From the human T2T-CHM13v2.0 reference genome, Homo sapiens: a DNA stretch of 64,000 bases. The position numbers were made by a program, and so were the translations under genes. The notes beneath the pieces are model-generated. The model did no database searches. It saw only the letters and a program-made list of their open reading frames with translations, and was not told where the DNA came from. Position 1 is the stretch's first letter. Every line of letters begins with the position of its first letter. This document shows, piece after piece, positions 1-18,972 of the stretch. The stretch is taken from NCBI RefSeq assembly GCF_009914755.1, contig NC_060940.1; one strand, given 5' to 3'.

Positions 1-809
1 ATCTCCCATCCCCATGGGGATCACCATCCTCACTCTTGCTGGCGGCTGGGTCCTGCCACCCACAAGGAGGCTTCTCAGACAGTGCCTTTCTGTCTTCCTG
101 GGCTTCTGAGCACTGTTCCTCTGGGGGCTCTCCCCTGACACCCATATGCCATTACTCTCCACAGCAGCCAGGGTGCCAGGCAACCACTTAGTTACACCAT
201 GACCACGGAAGATCATACAGGCATACACACAGGAGACCACATCTTGCTAATTGAACCTGGGAGGTCAGCCCCTGCTACTTTCCATGTCTTTTCCTTACTA
301 GAAACAGAATCTAGTCTAGATTATGGTCTGTCTGCCCTGCCTACTTGATCTTGCTGTGAATTCTCTATTCTTCCTGACTCCCTTTGAACGATAGTAGTTC
401 TAAAACTTATAAATATGGGATTCCCAAACAACTGCCAGTAACCATTTGACTTTTTGACAGGCAGATGCTGAGTCTCATTCATCTTTCTAGCCTGGGGCAG
501 CGAGCAGCTACAATGTTTATAGGAAGAAAAATCAGGAGACTAGAACAAGAGGCTAATCTTTGTTTCCATAAAATGGCAAATTCCAACAAGCAAAATAGAG
601 TTAAGTGGTGAAACCCTAAATAAACCCTTGCAATTTTGGTTTGTGGTACTTGGGAAAGAATGACAGTCACCAAGTGAGTCATATGAAATTGACCTAATTC
701 CCTGATTCCGAGGGGATAAGTCTCGGGGGTATAATATAGAGGTTGTCTATCTCAATCTTTTTAAAAACTATATATGTTTATATATACATATATATGTTAT
801 GTATGTATG

Positions 810-1160
810 TGGTAAATACAATTCTCCATTTTAACCATTTTTAGATGTACATTTCAGTGGCAATAAGTATATTCACATTGTTGTATGACCATCACCATCA
901 TCCAGCTGCAGAACTTTTTCACCCTCTCAAATTGAAAATCTACCCAGTAACTTCCCATTCTCTCTTCCCCCAGCTGCTGGCAGCCACTGTTCTACTTTGT
1001 CTCTATGCATTTAGTGACCCTAGGAACCTCGTATAAGAGGAATCATACAATATTTATTCTTTTGCTACTGCTTTATTTCACTTAGCATAAGGTCCTCAAG
1101 ATTCATCCATGTGTAGCATGCATCAGAATTTCCCTTCTTTTTAAGGCTGAATAATAGTAT
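810..1160 (-). mobile_element. L1MB-type LINE 3' end fragment
   Basis: Typical antisense L1M 3' UTR text (cattttaaccatttttag...ttcacattgttg...ttcacttagcataa...ttaaggctgaataata). Confidence 0.7.
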
Positions 1161-1249
1161 ATCTCAGTTTTAAAAAGACAGAGTTTCTCCCACTATCCTA
1201 TAGGAATTCAGACAGAGGGATGAGATATGGAGACATCACAGAATCCATG

Positions 1250-2339
<1,090 letters not shown>

Positions 2340-2343
2340 AGAA

Positions 2344-2856
<513 letters not shown>

Positions 2857-2889
2857 TTAGAAGGAATCCTATACTAAAATATTTTAGAC

Positions 2890-3180
2890 CAGAGGACCAA
2901 GGCTGCTGGATCTGGCCTGCAGATTATTTTTTATTTTTATGTCATTTGCCAGCATTTAAGAATCCTGAGATTTAACATAAATATTTGGACTTCCAGACTC
3001 TCTCTTTTTTTTTTTAAATTCCCGTATTTGGCAATGTCTGGCCCACCTGCCTGGAGGTGAGTAATTGCCTGGAGCTGAGTAGTTGGTGTCTCTTTTGAAT
3101 GAATCAAGAGCTCTCTAGTTCATCACAGTCCTCACCTGATAACCTGTCTGACATTGCAGGCATTTGAGTTTGTGACCTCA
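2890..3180. mobile_element. MER102-like hAT-Charlie fossil
   Basis: Recalled consensus similarity (ggatctggcctgcag...gagctgagtag...caggcatttgagtttgtgacc). Confidence 0.5.
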
Positions 3181-3192
3181 TGTGCCTTTCAT

Positions 3193-3370
3193 CCAGTGAA
3201 TCTCAACTCTGCCGTGCATTTGATCACCTGGGGAGCTTTGAAAAACCCCAGTGCTGAGGCTGCACCCTCGACCAATTACATCAGACTCTCTAGGGGTGAG
3301 ACCCAGGCTTTGGTGTGTTTTATAGGTCTCCAAGATGGTTCCAAGGTGAAGGCAAGGGTAAGAACCACAA
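3193..3370. mobile_element. MER5A hAT fossil
   Basis: atcacctgggagcttt...ccaattacatcagactctctaggggtgagacccagg...agaaccac. Confidence 0.7.
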
Positions 3371-3467
3371 TTGTAGATAATGTAACACTATAACCTGCAG
3401 GAAAAAGTTCTAAGGCAAGCTGACTCATACCCAGCAGATAGAACTTTCTAATAGTTAAAGAATTTAA

Positions 3468-3937
<470 letters not shown>

Positions 3938-4704
3938 TTATAATCTAGTAAAGTCAGGTGGGCTGAGCAGGTATAAGTTGAAAAACCTCCCCAGATGATG
4001 AGTTTATAAGAGCTCTTAAAAGAGAACACTAAGTCAGATGGATGACCTCTACAAACCCCCAACCTCAACCTTGGGAATGACTCAGGTCCTTAAGAAAAAA
4101 ATCTATGTAAACCTTCAAATACACGCTGAAATAGAAACATAAGTAACATAACCATTATGGGTTGGGGAGTATTTTTACTGAGGTTAAACTTGAAGCTGCA
4201 AGATTCTCTGGTTTGGTCTAACATTAAGGCCTAAAGGATGCCAGGAAATAACTGTTTTTTAGGTTCTAGCTCTTTTTCTGACACACTTGACATGTGATGC
4301 TTGCTTAAATAACCTCTCAGAAAGCAGCTTATGTACTTGTGTGAGAGTTCTTAGCTTCAAGCAACAGATATGATGCTTGATGCCGCCTGCTTTAAGCTAA
4401 AAGGAATTCTATTAAATGGATGACAGTGTAAGAAGATTTCTGAATATGTTTGCTTTAATAAAGTATGATACATCTATGCAATGGCTCGTTTTAAAGCCAT
4501 TAGAAACTATTAAACAGATTTAAACTTTTTGGTATGTAAAGATGTTCATAATAGTGGTGTTTGTGAGAATATTATGTTACACAAAAGAATATAAGCTATG
4601 ATATGATTTATCTTTATAGTAGCATATTATATATATTGATAGTTATATACAAAACCTGGAAAAAAACTGAACCTCAACCTAAACCTCATAACTTATTTAA
4701 AAAA

Positions 4705-4995
4705 TATCGCAAGGACAGAAAACGAAACACCGCATGCTGTCACTCATAGGTGGGAATTGAACAATGAGAACACTTGGACACAGGAAGGGGAATATCACAC
4801 ACCAGGGCCTGTTGTGGGGTGGGGAGAGGCGGGAGGGATAGCATTAGGAGAGATATCTAATGTAAATGACGAGTTAATGGGTGCAGCACACCAATATGGC
4901 ACATATATACATATGTAACAAACCTGCATGTTGTGCACATGTACCCTAGAACTTAAGGCATAATAAAAATATATATATATAAAAATAAAAAAATA
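4705..4995 (+). mobile_element. L1PA 3' end, 5'-truncated
   Basis: tatcgcaaggacagaaa...ggtgggaattgaacaatgagaac...gtaccctagaacttaa followed by an A tail. Confidence 0.9.
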
Positions 4996-5576
4996 AAAAT
5001 TAACTTAAAGTAGATCATAGTCTTAAATATTAAATGTAAATCTATAAAAATTTTAGAAAAAAGAAAAATCTTAAAGATCTCGGCTTTTAGACTTAACACC
5101 AAAGGCATAACCTGTAAGAGGAAAGATTGATAAATCTGACCTCATCGGAATTAAAAACTTTTGCTTTGCAAAAGACCTCATGAAAAGAATGAAAACAAAA
5201 GCTGCAAACCGGGAGAACATACTTGTAAACCACATATCCAACAAAGGACTAGTAGCTAGAATATCTAAATGATTCTCAATACTCAACAGTAACAAAAAAT
5301 AAGATTAGAAAATTGGCAAGGACATGAAGAGACATTTCAACAGAAAGGACATACATTTGAAAAATAAGCATAAGAAAAGATGTTCAGCATCATTAGCCAT
5401 CAGGGAAACATGTTGAAATCACAATAAGGTATCACCACACATCTATCAGAATGGCTAAAATAAAAAACAGTGACAACATCAAATGCTGTCCAGGATGTGG
5501 AGAAACTGGACCACTCACACATTGTAAGATTGTATGGTTGCTCTGGAAAACAGCTTGGCTGGTTTTTTATAAGCTA

Positions 5577-5729
5577 TTGGGTTGGTGCAAAAGCAATTGC
5601 ACCATTGACTTTGCATTTTGGAAGGCCTGCTTCTGTGTAGCATTAGGAAATGGAACTGTTACTCATGGATGGAAGTTCTGGGCAGGGTAATTTCTACTTA
5701 GAAATTAGGTTGCTTTTGCACCAACCTAA
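5577..5729. mobile_element. MADE1/Hsmar1-type mariner MITE with a foreign internal segment
   Basis: 20-bp TIRs TT(G/A)GGTTGGTGCAAAAGCAA at 5577-5596 and 5710-5729 (19/20 match to each other); flanking TA at 5575-5576 and 5730-5731. Confidence 0.88.
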
Positions 5730-6321
5730 TAAACATGGAATTACTATTTTATCCAGCAGTTGAGCTCTTGGGCGTTCATTTATCCATGGAAATGAAAACT
5801 TATGCCCACACAAAAACTTATACACAAATATACATATCAGCTTTATTTGTAGTAGGGAAAAACTGGGAACAACCCAAATGTCCCTCAATGGGTGGATGAT
5901 AAGAAGCTGTGATACACCCATACCATGGAATACTACTCAGCAATAAATAAGAATGAACTATTGATACGTGTCAGAATTTCGATGGATCTCCAGGGAATTA
6001 TGCTAACTGAAGAAAAGGCCAGTTCCAAAAGATTACATGCAATATGATTTCATTTATGTAACACTGGTGAAAAGATGAAATTTTAGAAGTGGAGAACAGA
6101 TTAGAAGTTAGGGATGGGGAGTGGGGCAGGAGAGAGGTGGGTGAGGTTATTAAAGGACACATGAAAGATCCTTGTGATGATGGAACTGTTCTGTATCTTG
6201 ACTGTGATGGTGGATAAATGAACACAATAATACCATATTCAACTAAATACACACACAAATGAGCACAAGTAAAACAGGGGAAATCTGAATAATATCAGTG
6301 GATTAATGTCAAGGTCTAAAT

Positions 6322-6498
6322 TTAAAAATTAGCTGGATGCATTTGCCTGCATCTGTAATCCCAGCTACTCAGGAGGCTAAGGCAGGAGGATCATTTGATC
6401 CCAGGAGTTTGAGGCTACAGGGAGCTATGATAGCATCACTGCACTCCAGACTCGGCAACAGAGCAAGACCCTGTCTCAAAAAAAAAAAAAAAAAAAAA
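6322..6498 (+). mobile_element. AluJ/FRAM right monomer
   Basis: Alu right arm with poly(A). Confidence 0.85.
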
Positions 6499-6656
6499 GG
6501 TCAATATCCTGGTTGTGATACAATAGTTTTCCAAGATGTCACCACTGGGAGAAATTGGGTAAAGGATACATGGGCTCTCCTTGTATTATGTCGTACAATT
6601 GCATGTGAATCTACAAATTACTCAAAATAGCAAATTGAATTAACAAAAAGAAAAAT

Positions 6657-6961
6657 GGGTCAGGTACAGTGGCTGACGCCTGTAATCCTAGCACTTTGGG
6701 AGGCCGAGGTAGGCGGATCACTTGAGGTCAAGAGTTTAAGACCAGCCTGGCCAATAAGGCAAAATCCCGTTGCCATCAAAAATACAAAAATTAGCTGGGT
6801 GTGGTGGCGGGGCCTGTAATCCCAGCTACTTGGGAGGTTGAGGCATGAGAATCACTTGAACCCTGGGGGTAGAGGTTGCAGTGAACTGGGATCACACCAC
6901 TGCACTCCAGCCCAGGTGACAGACTGAGACTCTGTCTCAAAAAAATTCATAATAAAAATAT
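6657..6961 (+). mobile_element. AluS
   Basis: Full Alu; TSD aaaagaaaaatg. Confidence 0.92.
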
Positions 6962-7526
6962 AAAAGAAAAATGCATTGGCATATAAAGATGTCCACAATA
7001 TACGGTTTTGTGAAAAAATTAGGTTGCAAAGCAGAATATACTCTATGAATTATTTTTGTAATTTTGTATGTCTATATTAATGGTTACATATAAAATCTGG
7101 AAGGTTATGCTGAAATGATAACAGTCAATTCTTCAGGGTGACAAGATTGTGGGTAACTTTAATTGTAACTTTCTTTTATTTCCTTGAGTGTTCTATTGTT
7201 TTTTCTACTGGACACATGGACTCAAGGGGTGGAAATAAGTAAACATTTTAAAAGAGAGAATAAAATGCTGTTGGGTAGTTCATAGAATTGCTGAGATGTC
7301 TGGAGAAAGGGAAAAGTGGAGACAAGCAAAAAAAGAGGCTGACCAGTAGAAATCTCTGGCCATATCCTCTCAAAAATGGTCTAGTTAGGGTACTGCTGCT
7401 GCTACCCCAGCAGTAGATGCAGCTTGCCATCAACACCACCAGCAATGGACTCTGAAAGACCCCATTCTTCGTGCTACCACTTGCCTTTGGAATGTTAATC
7501 TTGCTGCAGCTGCCACTGCCATGCAG

Positions 7527-7618
7527 ACAAACACACACACACAGCCACAAAGACACACACACACACTGCCACACAGACACACACACACACACTGCCTCCC
7601 CCCACCACACACACAAAC
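7527..7618. repeat. Interrupted (CA)n microsatellite
   Basis: Read directly. Confidence 0.85.
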
Positions 7619-8469
7619 AGTGGTGGGTGGAGACTCTCTGTAGTCCTTGCTTCCTTGTGTCTTTTGCTCCTGATTCAAAGACCAGAGCAGGTGCACAGAC
7701 AATTCCTAACATTTTCAGGACTTAGAGCAAGAGCACAATTGAAGGCCAAACTACTGTATGCTTAAACATTTAGAAGTTATAAACCAAACCCAGGAAACTG
7801 TTACATAAAATATATTCTATAATATGCCTTCAGAACATCCTGAAAGGCCCAGTTCAAATGAAGGTGATGGCAGAGGGAGAGCCAGCCTGGTAGGTGGCTC
7901 AACCCCTTTCTCTTTCCACCACTGACTCGTTCTCCACTTTAAGTTGCCTTATACACAGGCATGTAAGCATCCAAGCACCATCCACACACTACCCCCATCC
8001 TGTCCCTGCAAACAGTCACTTCGTGGCCACCCTTTGAGCCTCAGGATATGCATGCAGTCCACCCTCTAAATAATGGATTTGGGGAGGAGACTGTACAGGC
8101 TTGGAAATGAATTGAAGCTGTTTGACCAGATATTCCAGGATCCAGGATACCTGGAATGTGGTCTATAAGGTGGGCAGGGGGGGTCATAGATGAACACATC
8201 TCCTGGCCCTGTGGACTCCTCACCCCATGGGAAGGGACACAGCCAGAGTCTGGATTTCCCTAGCTGCAAGGGAGTCCAGGAAAGTGAAATCTGACACTTT
8301 TCAGCTTAAGGTTTTGCCTGCCACCAAGACTTAGTGTAGGGAATTGCATAAACATAGGAAAGGTGCTCAAAGCTGAGCAGCTTAAAAGAACAAATGTCCA
8401 CTATGATATTATCCAATTGTCGGCTCAGAAATTCATAGATTGATGATGATGACAATGCTATTGATCACA

Positions 8470-8715
8470 ATAAAGGCTAATCTTTTTTGAACATTCACTT
8501 CTATCAGGCAGCATGCAAATCTCTTTACACTTTTTACTCTCATGACAACTCTAAGACATAGTCCCTTTTGTTATTGCCACCCCCAACAGAGATAAGAAAA
8601 CCGAGATGGTAAGAGGTTAGATCACTTAGTCAAGGTCACTTGGGTAGCAAGTAGCACAGACAGGCTTGAATACAAGTACACCTGGTTCCAGGAACTCCAA
8701 GGTTTACCTCTACAC
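8470..8715 (-). mobile_element. MIR SINE
   Basis: Antisense MIR core (gaaaaccgag...gaggttagatcacttagtcaaggtcac). Confidence 0.65.
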
Positions 8716-9939
8716 TGGACATCCTCTAGAGAGTAGGCTGGTAGAGATCACCTCCAAATCAACATATATGTTAGCAGCTATCTGCCTTAACTATAGAAAA
8801 CCTGACCAATGCTGCCTACAAATGTTTGATTCTGAACCAGAAAACCCATTAGGATGAGTTCACTGGATGGTGAAAACATCCTAGGGTGCTCTGTAAGCTG
8901 AGTTCAATGATACTTTAACACTGTTAGCCTGCTACCCTCTCCTCTCACCAGCCTTCTTTAGGACCAAGGATTCACAGAGGTTGAAGTTGCAGAGATAGGA
9001 CTGAGAAATCCCAGTAGAAACTGAAAAAAACATGGTGAGTGACTGGGAGGTGAACATGTGTTACCCTTGTGGTGGAGAGAAGGCAGGCATTCTCTGGTCT
9101 CTTTCTTTTCTTCTCCCCCTCTCCACACCCCAAGTGTAGGATTAGGGTGGGATGCTTTTAGGGATTATTAATAAAGAACAGATTTTTCAGTTTTGTGGGA
9201 AGATGATAAGAGATGGGAGAACCTTTCATAGCTGAGGCATTTTAGAGGAATTTAGTTTGGGGGCACTTGAGCAGAGTGGTTGAGGGGAGGGTGAGGTAAG
9301 CCAGATTCTGCTGGGGATACTGGCATTACCTTGCTGCTTAAGGATAGATCCTAGGCAAAAGTTTCCCAAAGCTGTCTTCCCATTGGAATCACCTGGTGCA
9401 CTTTTTAGAAATACAGCTTTTGAGCTGCGATTCAGACCTACCAAGTTGGAATCTCTCAGGGAGATTTATTGGTCAATAGATGGTTAGCCTGGTTTAAAGG
9501 AAAAAGGATCCAAAATCATATTCAAGCTTACTTTTGGGTCCAGCTAAGATAGGAAAAGAGGCATATAAAGGCTCTCACTAGAAATAAAAGCAAACATTGG
9601 GCTAGAGCAATGTTTCTCCAAGTGTGGGGTGTTTACGAGTACCAAGATAATATTAGGCATCACACAGCCATCAATTCACAAAGAAAGTTCTTCTTTTACA
9701 AACCTCTTTCAGTCCTTCTGATTACATCAAGAACTATCAGTCTGGTGCTAAAATGTCTTTAACGCCTCTCTTGCTTATTCCTCTTCTAAACAAAGAGAAA
9801 GCAAATCTCAAATTCAGCTTCTGGCAGATAACAGGATCTAAAGCATGTTATAACATTGTGTTGTGTGTATTGAATGTGTGGCTTTTTTAAATTATACTTT
9901 AAATTCTGAGATACATGTGTGAAAGTGTTTTTAAAGATT

Positions 9940-12018
<2,079 letters not shown>

Positions 12019-13173
12019 TGTTTTAAAGGTTACCTTCAATTTTGGGAAATGAGACTGCTGTTTTATTTTGAGTAATGATAAGTTTCACTTTTGAAAAATC
12101 ATGCACATATGTATTTTAGAGTCAGATAACATTAAAAAGTTACATAAATAATAATACTATTTGTACATTGGTGGGGGAGAAATCATGAAGGTGCAATGTG
12201 AATGACTGAAGTTTGGGAAACATTGGAATATTCCCTAGTCCCCGTTTTCTCTCTCTTGGGAATCAGAGTGCAGTGGAAACAGTACAGAAAATTAGACTCC
12301 CAATAAACAGTAGCCACGTATTTTCTTCTTCTTTTTTAAGTCTTTCGTCTCATACTCAGAAAGAGGGACTCCAGACATTAACACATCACTTCCTTTAATA
12401 TGTTAATACATTATCTGAAATGAACTATAGTCCTTGCAGCTCACAATGTCATTAGATAGGTTGAGGAGGTTGGGAGTCAGAGACAGAGCCATGGGGGGGA
12501 TTAGGGAAGAGGCAGTTGCTGATGAAAATAAAAAAGCCTTTTCATGGTCTGCAGCTAAGCCTCAAGCCATCACTGTGTGAGCAAGGAAGTACTAGAAAGT
12601 TGTTTGTGTGAAATGGAGTGTAAACTGCAAACGTGTTATTGAGGTGGAGGAGAGGGGAACAGAGACTGAAGGAGTAGAAATGGAAAGCATGGACAGAAGG
12701 AGGGACCCACTTAGGAAGCATTAGCACCCCCTGCAAGTGGGAGACATTGTAGGAGTTTGGCTGTCCTTCTTTATACAATACCAGATAAGGCTGCAGTTCA
12801 CACTCTGTGTGTTTGCTGCTGCATCTCCATCAACAGATGGAGGTAATAAAGAGGCTAAAAATGGAAACGTGAACTGGTGTGTAGCTTTGTTGTGGCAGTT
12901 TGTCACAGAACAGTCAAGAATCCCTTGCTGGTAAGTGTGGTTGTCAAGGTCACCCATGACCTCTTTGGTATTAAATCTAATAGACACTTGGCTGGCTGGG
13001 CTGTAGCATGGCCAGGGAGGCCAGTCTCTTGGGGCATGAGGTTGGCCGCTGCCCATTTGTGATCAGTTGGACTCAAGCAATGGCATGGCTTCCCTGGGGT
13101 TTCTTGAGGGCTGTTAGTTCCAGCTTTGGTCAATAGCCTATATAATTAATCAACTTAAAGGGAGTGCTGGTTA

Positions 13174-13360
13174 GCAATGGTTCTTGACCCTGGCTGCACA
13201 TTAGAATCACCCAGGGAGCTTTAAAAATAATACCAATTCCTAGGCCTCACCCAGGACCAATTGAATCAGAATCTTGGGAGGAGGAGGAAGCCTCAGATAT
13301 CAGCAGTGTTTTAAAGCTCCCCAGGTGATTCTAATGTGCAGCCAGGGTTAAGAATCACTA
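13174..13360. mobile_element. MER5A, near full length
   Basis: Internal inverted repeats ccctggctgcacattagaatcacc / ggtgattctaatgtgcagccaggg. Confidence 0.85.
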
Positions 13361-13576
13361 GGTTAGATCATTAAGGGGCCAAGTTCAGATACACATGCCT
13401 AATACCAGTCATGTATTGGTTCTCTTCCCAGTCAACTCTGAATTGGGATAGGGGGTTGACTTTGAGAGAACAAGAGACCGTAATTTATTTAAGCAATAAC
13501 CAGTTAATGCAGCATTAAGATTGCTTCCAATTTTATTTATATAATGTGACAAACACTAACCTTATGCATAAACCTT

Positions 13577-14850
<1,274 letters not shown>

Positions 14851-15744
14851 ATTATTCCTAAAAAATCTTACAAAAACATTATAAAATTAAAACATGTTAA
14901 GACCATATTGTTTGTAAATATTGACAAATGGATCTATGGAATCAAAGAGAGAGTCCAGAGATTAGAAACATAGCATTTTATATCAGCAAGAAAAGAGAAT
15001 ATCATTCAGTAATTGATTTTGGACAATTACTTATAAAATTGGAAAAAAATTAATGCACTACTTCAGATTATAAACAAAAGTAAACTCCGGGAAAATTGGT
15101 AAAGTCTGTGAAGAGTCAATTGACAAACCAGAAATCAAGTATGGTCATGAAACATATAAAAAGATTCTCACCCTTGGTGATAGGGAAATGCAAATAAAAG
15201 CAACAATTTGATATCATTTTTTCTTCCATACGATTGGCAAAATTATTTTTAAGATATGATTTCTTAATATGTAGAATTGTTGAGGTTGGGGTGATATTGC
15301 TGGGGTGGTGTGGATTAGCATAGCTATCTTGGAAGAAAATTTGGGAGAATCTATTAAAATTAAAAATATGTATACCCTGTGACCCAGTGAATCTTCTTCA
15401 GAGACACACTGCCACGTGTACACTGTAAGGAAAATATAAGCAGGCCTCTACCAGTTTCTAAAATATTGAAATGCTTCTCCTTTGGTTGGTAGATAGCCCC
15501 AACCTCAGGTCATTTAAGTGCCCTTGACCCTCACTCCCTGGACCGCTTCAATCCCTTACCCTTAGCCCTGCACTTTTCTGTGATCCAGCAACTAGAGGTA
15601 ATGACTGGCACAGAGGGACCCTCCTCTGGCCATAGGGTCAGGGTCTGTTCTAATTGGCTGGGGATATTTTGACTCAACCTTGTTGTTAAAAGATGCTTAT
15701 TGAAGCATTGTTGTTAGAATAACAGAGTATAAACAACCTGAAGC

Positions 15745-16215
15745 AGAAACTGCTAGCTGTCTACTTCCTATCCACTTCTTTTTCAAAACAACAGGACCAA
15801 TGAACACTACTGCCCATCAAAAGAGTACACACCCTAGCTTTCCTTGTGGCCAGATGTGGCCATGTGGTTAAATTCTAGCCAATGAAAGGTGATCAGACAT
15901 TTGTGTAGACTTCTGGGAAATCCTCTTAAGGGGGAGGAAGAGTACCCTTCTCTGCTTCCTCCATGCAGTCAACAGGATTGGGGATGTGATTGTGAGCATG
16001 TCAGGTGCCCATCTTCAACCATAAGGAGGTGGGATACATCCAAGGTTGCAGAGAGATGGAAGAAGCATGGGTGCCTGATAACTTCATAGAGCTGCCATAC
16101 AGACCCAGATTGCTTCCTTTTGTACTTCCGTTAAATGACATAGAAACATTTACATCCTAGTCAAACTGCTATTGTTTTGGGATTTTCCATTATATGCAAC
16201 CAAATCTAATCCTAA
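15745..16215. mobile_element. Ancient LTR (MLT1/ERVL-like)
   Basis: Recalled similarity (gccagatgtggccatgtg...tagccaatga...ccaaatctaatcctaa). Confidence 0.45.
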
Positions 16216-17626
16216 AGGAAAAGGATAGAAAGTTAAATGCCCATGAACACTGAAATGGATATATAAATGACAACACATAAATAAATATAAACTGGAAATA
16301 ACTTGAGGTATCATATATGCGATGAAAATACCCTGAAGAGCCTAAGTTAAATCTATAGGCATTAACATGTTCAGTGAAAAAAGCAAGTTGCAGAATACCC
16401 TCATCATGTGTGTACACTCCTAGCAAAACCCCAACAAAATATGCTGAGTTTAAAATTTTTCTATTTTTTTCCATACATGAAGGCATAGGAAAGAGATTAA
16501 AAGTATACTACCTAAACTGTAACAGTGTTAATAACTTTTGGGGAGAAGAAGAGAGCACAAAAATTCCTGGGGATGGTTGGTCAAAGGGCACCTTATCTTT
16601 GGCTGCACTATTCTACATTTTTACAAAAGGACTGAGTCATGTACTACTTGTATAGTACAAATTAATTAGATTTCCCTGCTACCCACTGGCTGACCTTCTT
16701 AAACTGTTTACTTGCTCATTGCTTGCCACCTGCAGGGTCCACATTTGAAAACCGCCAGAGCTGAAGACTCAAAACTGGAGGAGTTGCCTCTTTGGTACAG
16801 AGAGATTAACTCAAGGGCCACCACCTGAGTGCTTTTTGTTGGTGAAGTTCAAGGTTCTTTCAGAACACTTCTGTCACATAAATTGTATTTCTCACCATAC
16901 CACCATGTCTAAAGGAATGAAATAAAGGTATTCATTTACAAGGACAAAGAAAGTGAGAGGATGCAATGGAAAATGTAAGATTACCATAAAATGTTGGAAG
17001 CATTACCCAGCATAGCAGACAAGTAGGTTGCAGCTGACTGCCTACAGTAGGTAATATTGCCTCAGAAACCCTCAAAAGTCTCAGCACTTGGAGGCATCAG
17101 GTACTGTGGGAAGCAGGAAAGAGGCACAAGGTTGAGCAGTTGGACCCCGCATGTATCCCTTGCCATGCACGCAACCAGAAAACAGTGCCACTCACTCTGT
17201 AGTCACTTATTCTACAGGAAAATTGATTAAAAGGAGCTTCAGACTGGGAGACTTCAAACATGGTGGTGGGAAAAGTCACAGTGTTAGCATGAACCAAGAA
17301 GAATTAGGTTAAAATCATCCTCTTATGTAGTATTTATTCATGGATCCCATGCCGGATTCTTCTGATTATTTTTCATTTTCAAATGGGGTCAGTTCTTAGT
17401 CTGCTTGTTGCTTAAGAATAGTGTAGGGTCAGGGTGGAGATGAGTGATCTGGGCAGTTGGCAGTATTATTTTGGCTTATTGTCCTAAAAATTTTCTTACC
17501 AGGTTGACAAGTCTTTAGCTCCAGGAATAGATCTTCTATTTGAGTGATATTAGAAGGCATAGAGGGCTTTAAATAGAAGGATTCCTCTTTTTGGGACTGG
17601 ACTTTAGGAAGATCTGTTAGAAGACT

Positions 17627-18320
17627 ATATCAGTCAGCATCTGCTCAGGAAAACAGAACAGCTCTAGGTATTTCAAACGGAAAGGATGTAATAGAGGGAA
17701 TTGGTCCCAAAAGTGATGGAAGGGTTGGAGGAGCCAAAAGGGGAGAACGAAGTTACTTAAAAATTAACAACTGCAAAAACCACGCCTAGACTGAAGGATC
17801 AAAGGGAAAGTGGTGTTAACAGAGCCCGTGGCTGCTACATCACTGTGATAGCTGGAGCATCTGCTACTGTTACAGCTGCCTTAGGAACCATGGCCACATC
17901 CGCCTTGCAGGAAGCCAGAAGGTCACACTTCCGCTAACATTGCAGGATCCCGGGGCACCCAAAATTGACTGAGAGGTAGAGGGTCCATTACACCTGTGGG
18001 AGCCAGGACCTATGAATTCTGTGCTGCTGAAGCTATAGGAATGCCCACTTCAACCACCATGCCACATGAGAAGGAAATTATAAGTCTGCACATAGCCACC
18101 CCTGCTGTTGCTGCTAATGCTATATGAGATATCTCTAGAAGTAAAACATGATTTCTTCCTTCCATCTATTTTTCAGTCTTCTGCCAGGACCTCCTGTGGG
18201 TGAATCTAACTGGAAAACCAGCTGGCCAAAGATTCTGGGAAATGTAGTTTTCAGACTGCCAGCATCTTGCAATTCAAAGGAAAATATAAAAGAGTGGGAA
18301 TAGAACCCAGAGGAAAGAAA
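17627..18320 (-). mobile_element. Ancient MaLR (MLT1-type) LTR
   Basis: atcagtcagcatctgctcaggaaaacagaa...ctaggtatttc...ttctgggaaatgtagtttt. Confidence 0.5.
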
Positions 18321-18419
18321 TGACTGACAGTAGCTATTGCAGGAGTTTAGATGAGAAAGGATAGTAACTTGGACCAGGCTGTTGGCAATGGAGACTGTGA
18401 GTCAGTCAAATTCAGAAAA

Positions 18420-18972
18420 ATAGTCCCACTTTATCCAAGAGGGATATATTCCAAGACCCCCAGTGGATGTCTGAAACCGTGGATAGTACTGAACTCTCTA
18501 TACACACTATGTTTTTTCCTATATATACATACCTATGATAAACTTTATAAATTAGACACTGTAAGAGATTAACTTATCTAAAAACACAAACAATAACTAA
18601 TAATAAAATAGAATGGTTATAACAATATGTCAACGTCACTACTCTTGTGCTTTGGGGTCATTATTCGGTAAAATAAAGGTTACTTGAACACAAGCTGCAA
18701 CAGTTGGTCTGTTAACCAAGAAGCCTATTAATGATGAATGGGTGGGGTAGCATCTACAGTGTGGCTATGCTGAACAAAGGCATGAATCACATCCCAGGCA
18801 GGACAGAGCTGGATAGGGAGAGATTTCATTATGCTACTCAAAATGCTGTGCAATTTAAAACTTACACATTGTTTATTTCTGGAATTGTTCGCTTAATATT
18901 TTCGAACCATGGTTGACTGTGGGTAACTGAAAATGCAGACAGCAAAATTGCAGTTGGGGAGGGACGACTGTA
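18420..18972. mobile_element. MER44 (Tigger-derived) element
   Basis: tagtcccactttatcc...ttccaagacccccagtggatgtctgaaacc...ggggagggacgactgta. Confidence 0.75.

Larger units (their letters stand above)
4640..6645 (+). mobile_element. Old L1M (L1MB/MC-type) ORF2 end and 3' UTR, with nested L1PA, MADE1 and Alu
   Basis: Colinear degenerate L1 sequence (attaaaaacttttgc...cattagccatcagggaaa...ccatggaatactactcagcaataaa). Confidence 0.8.

Noticed and set aside
13174-13360. Long inverted repeat
   Set aside because: Intrinsic palindromic structure of MER5A.
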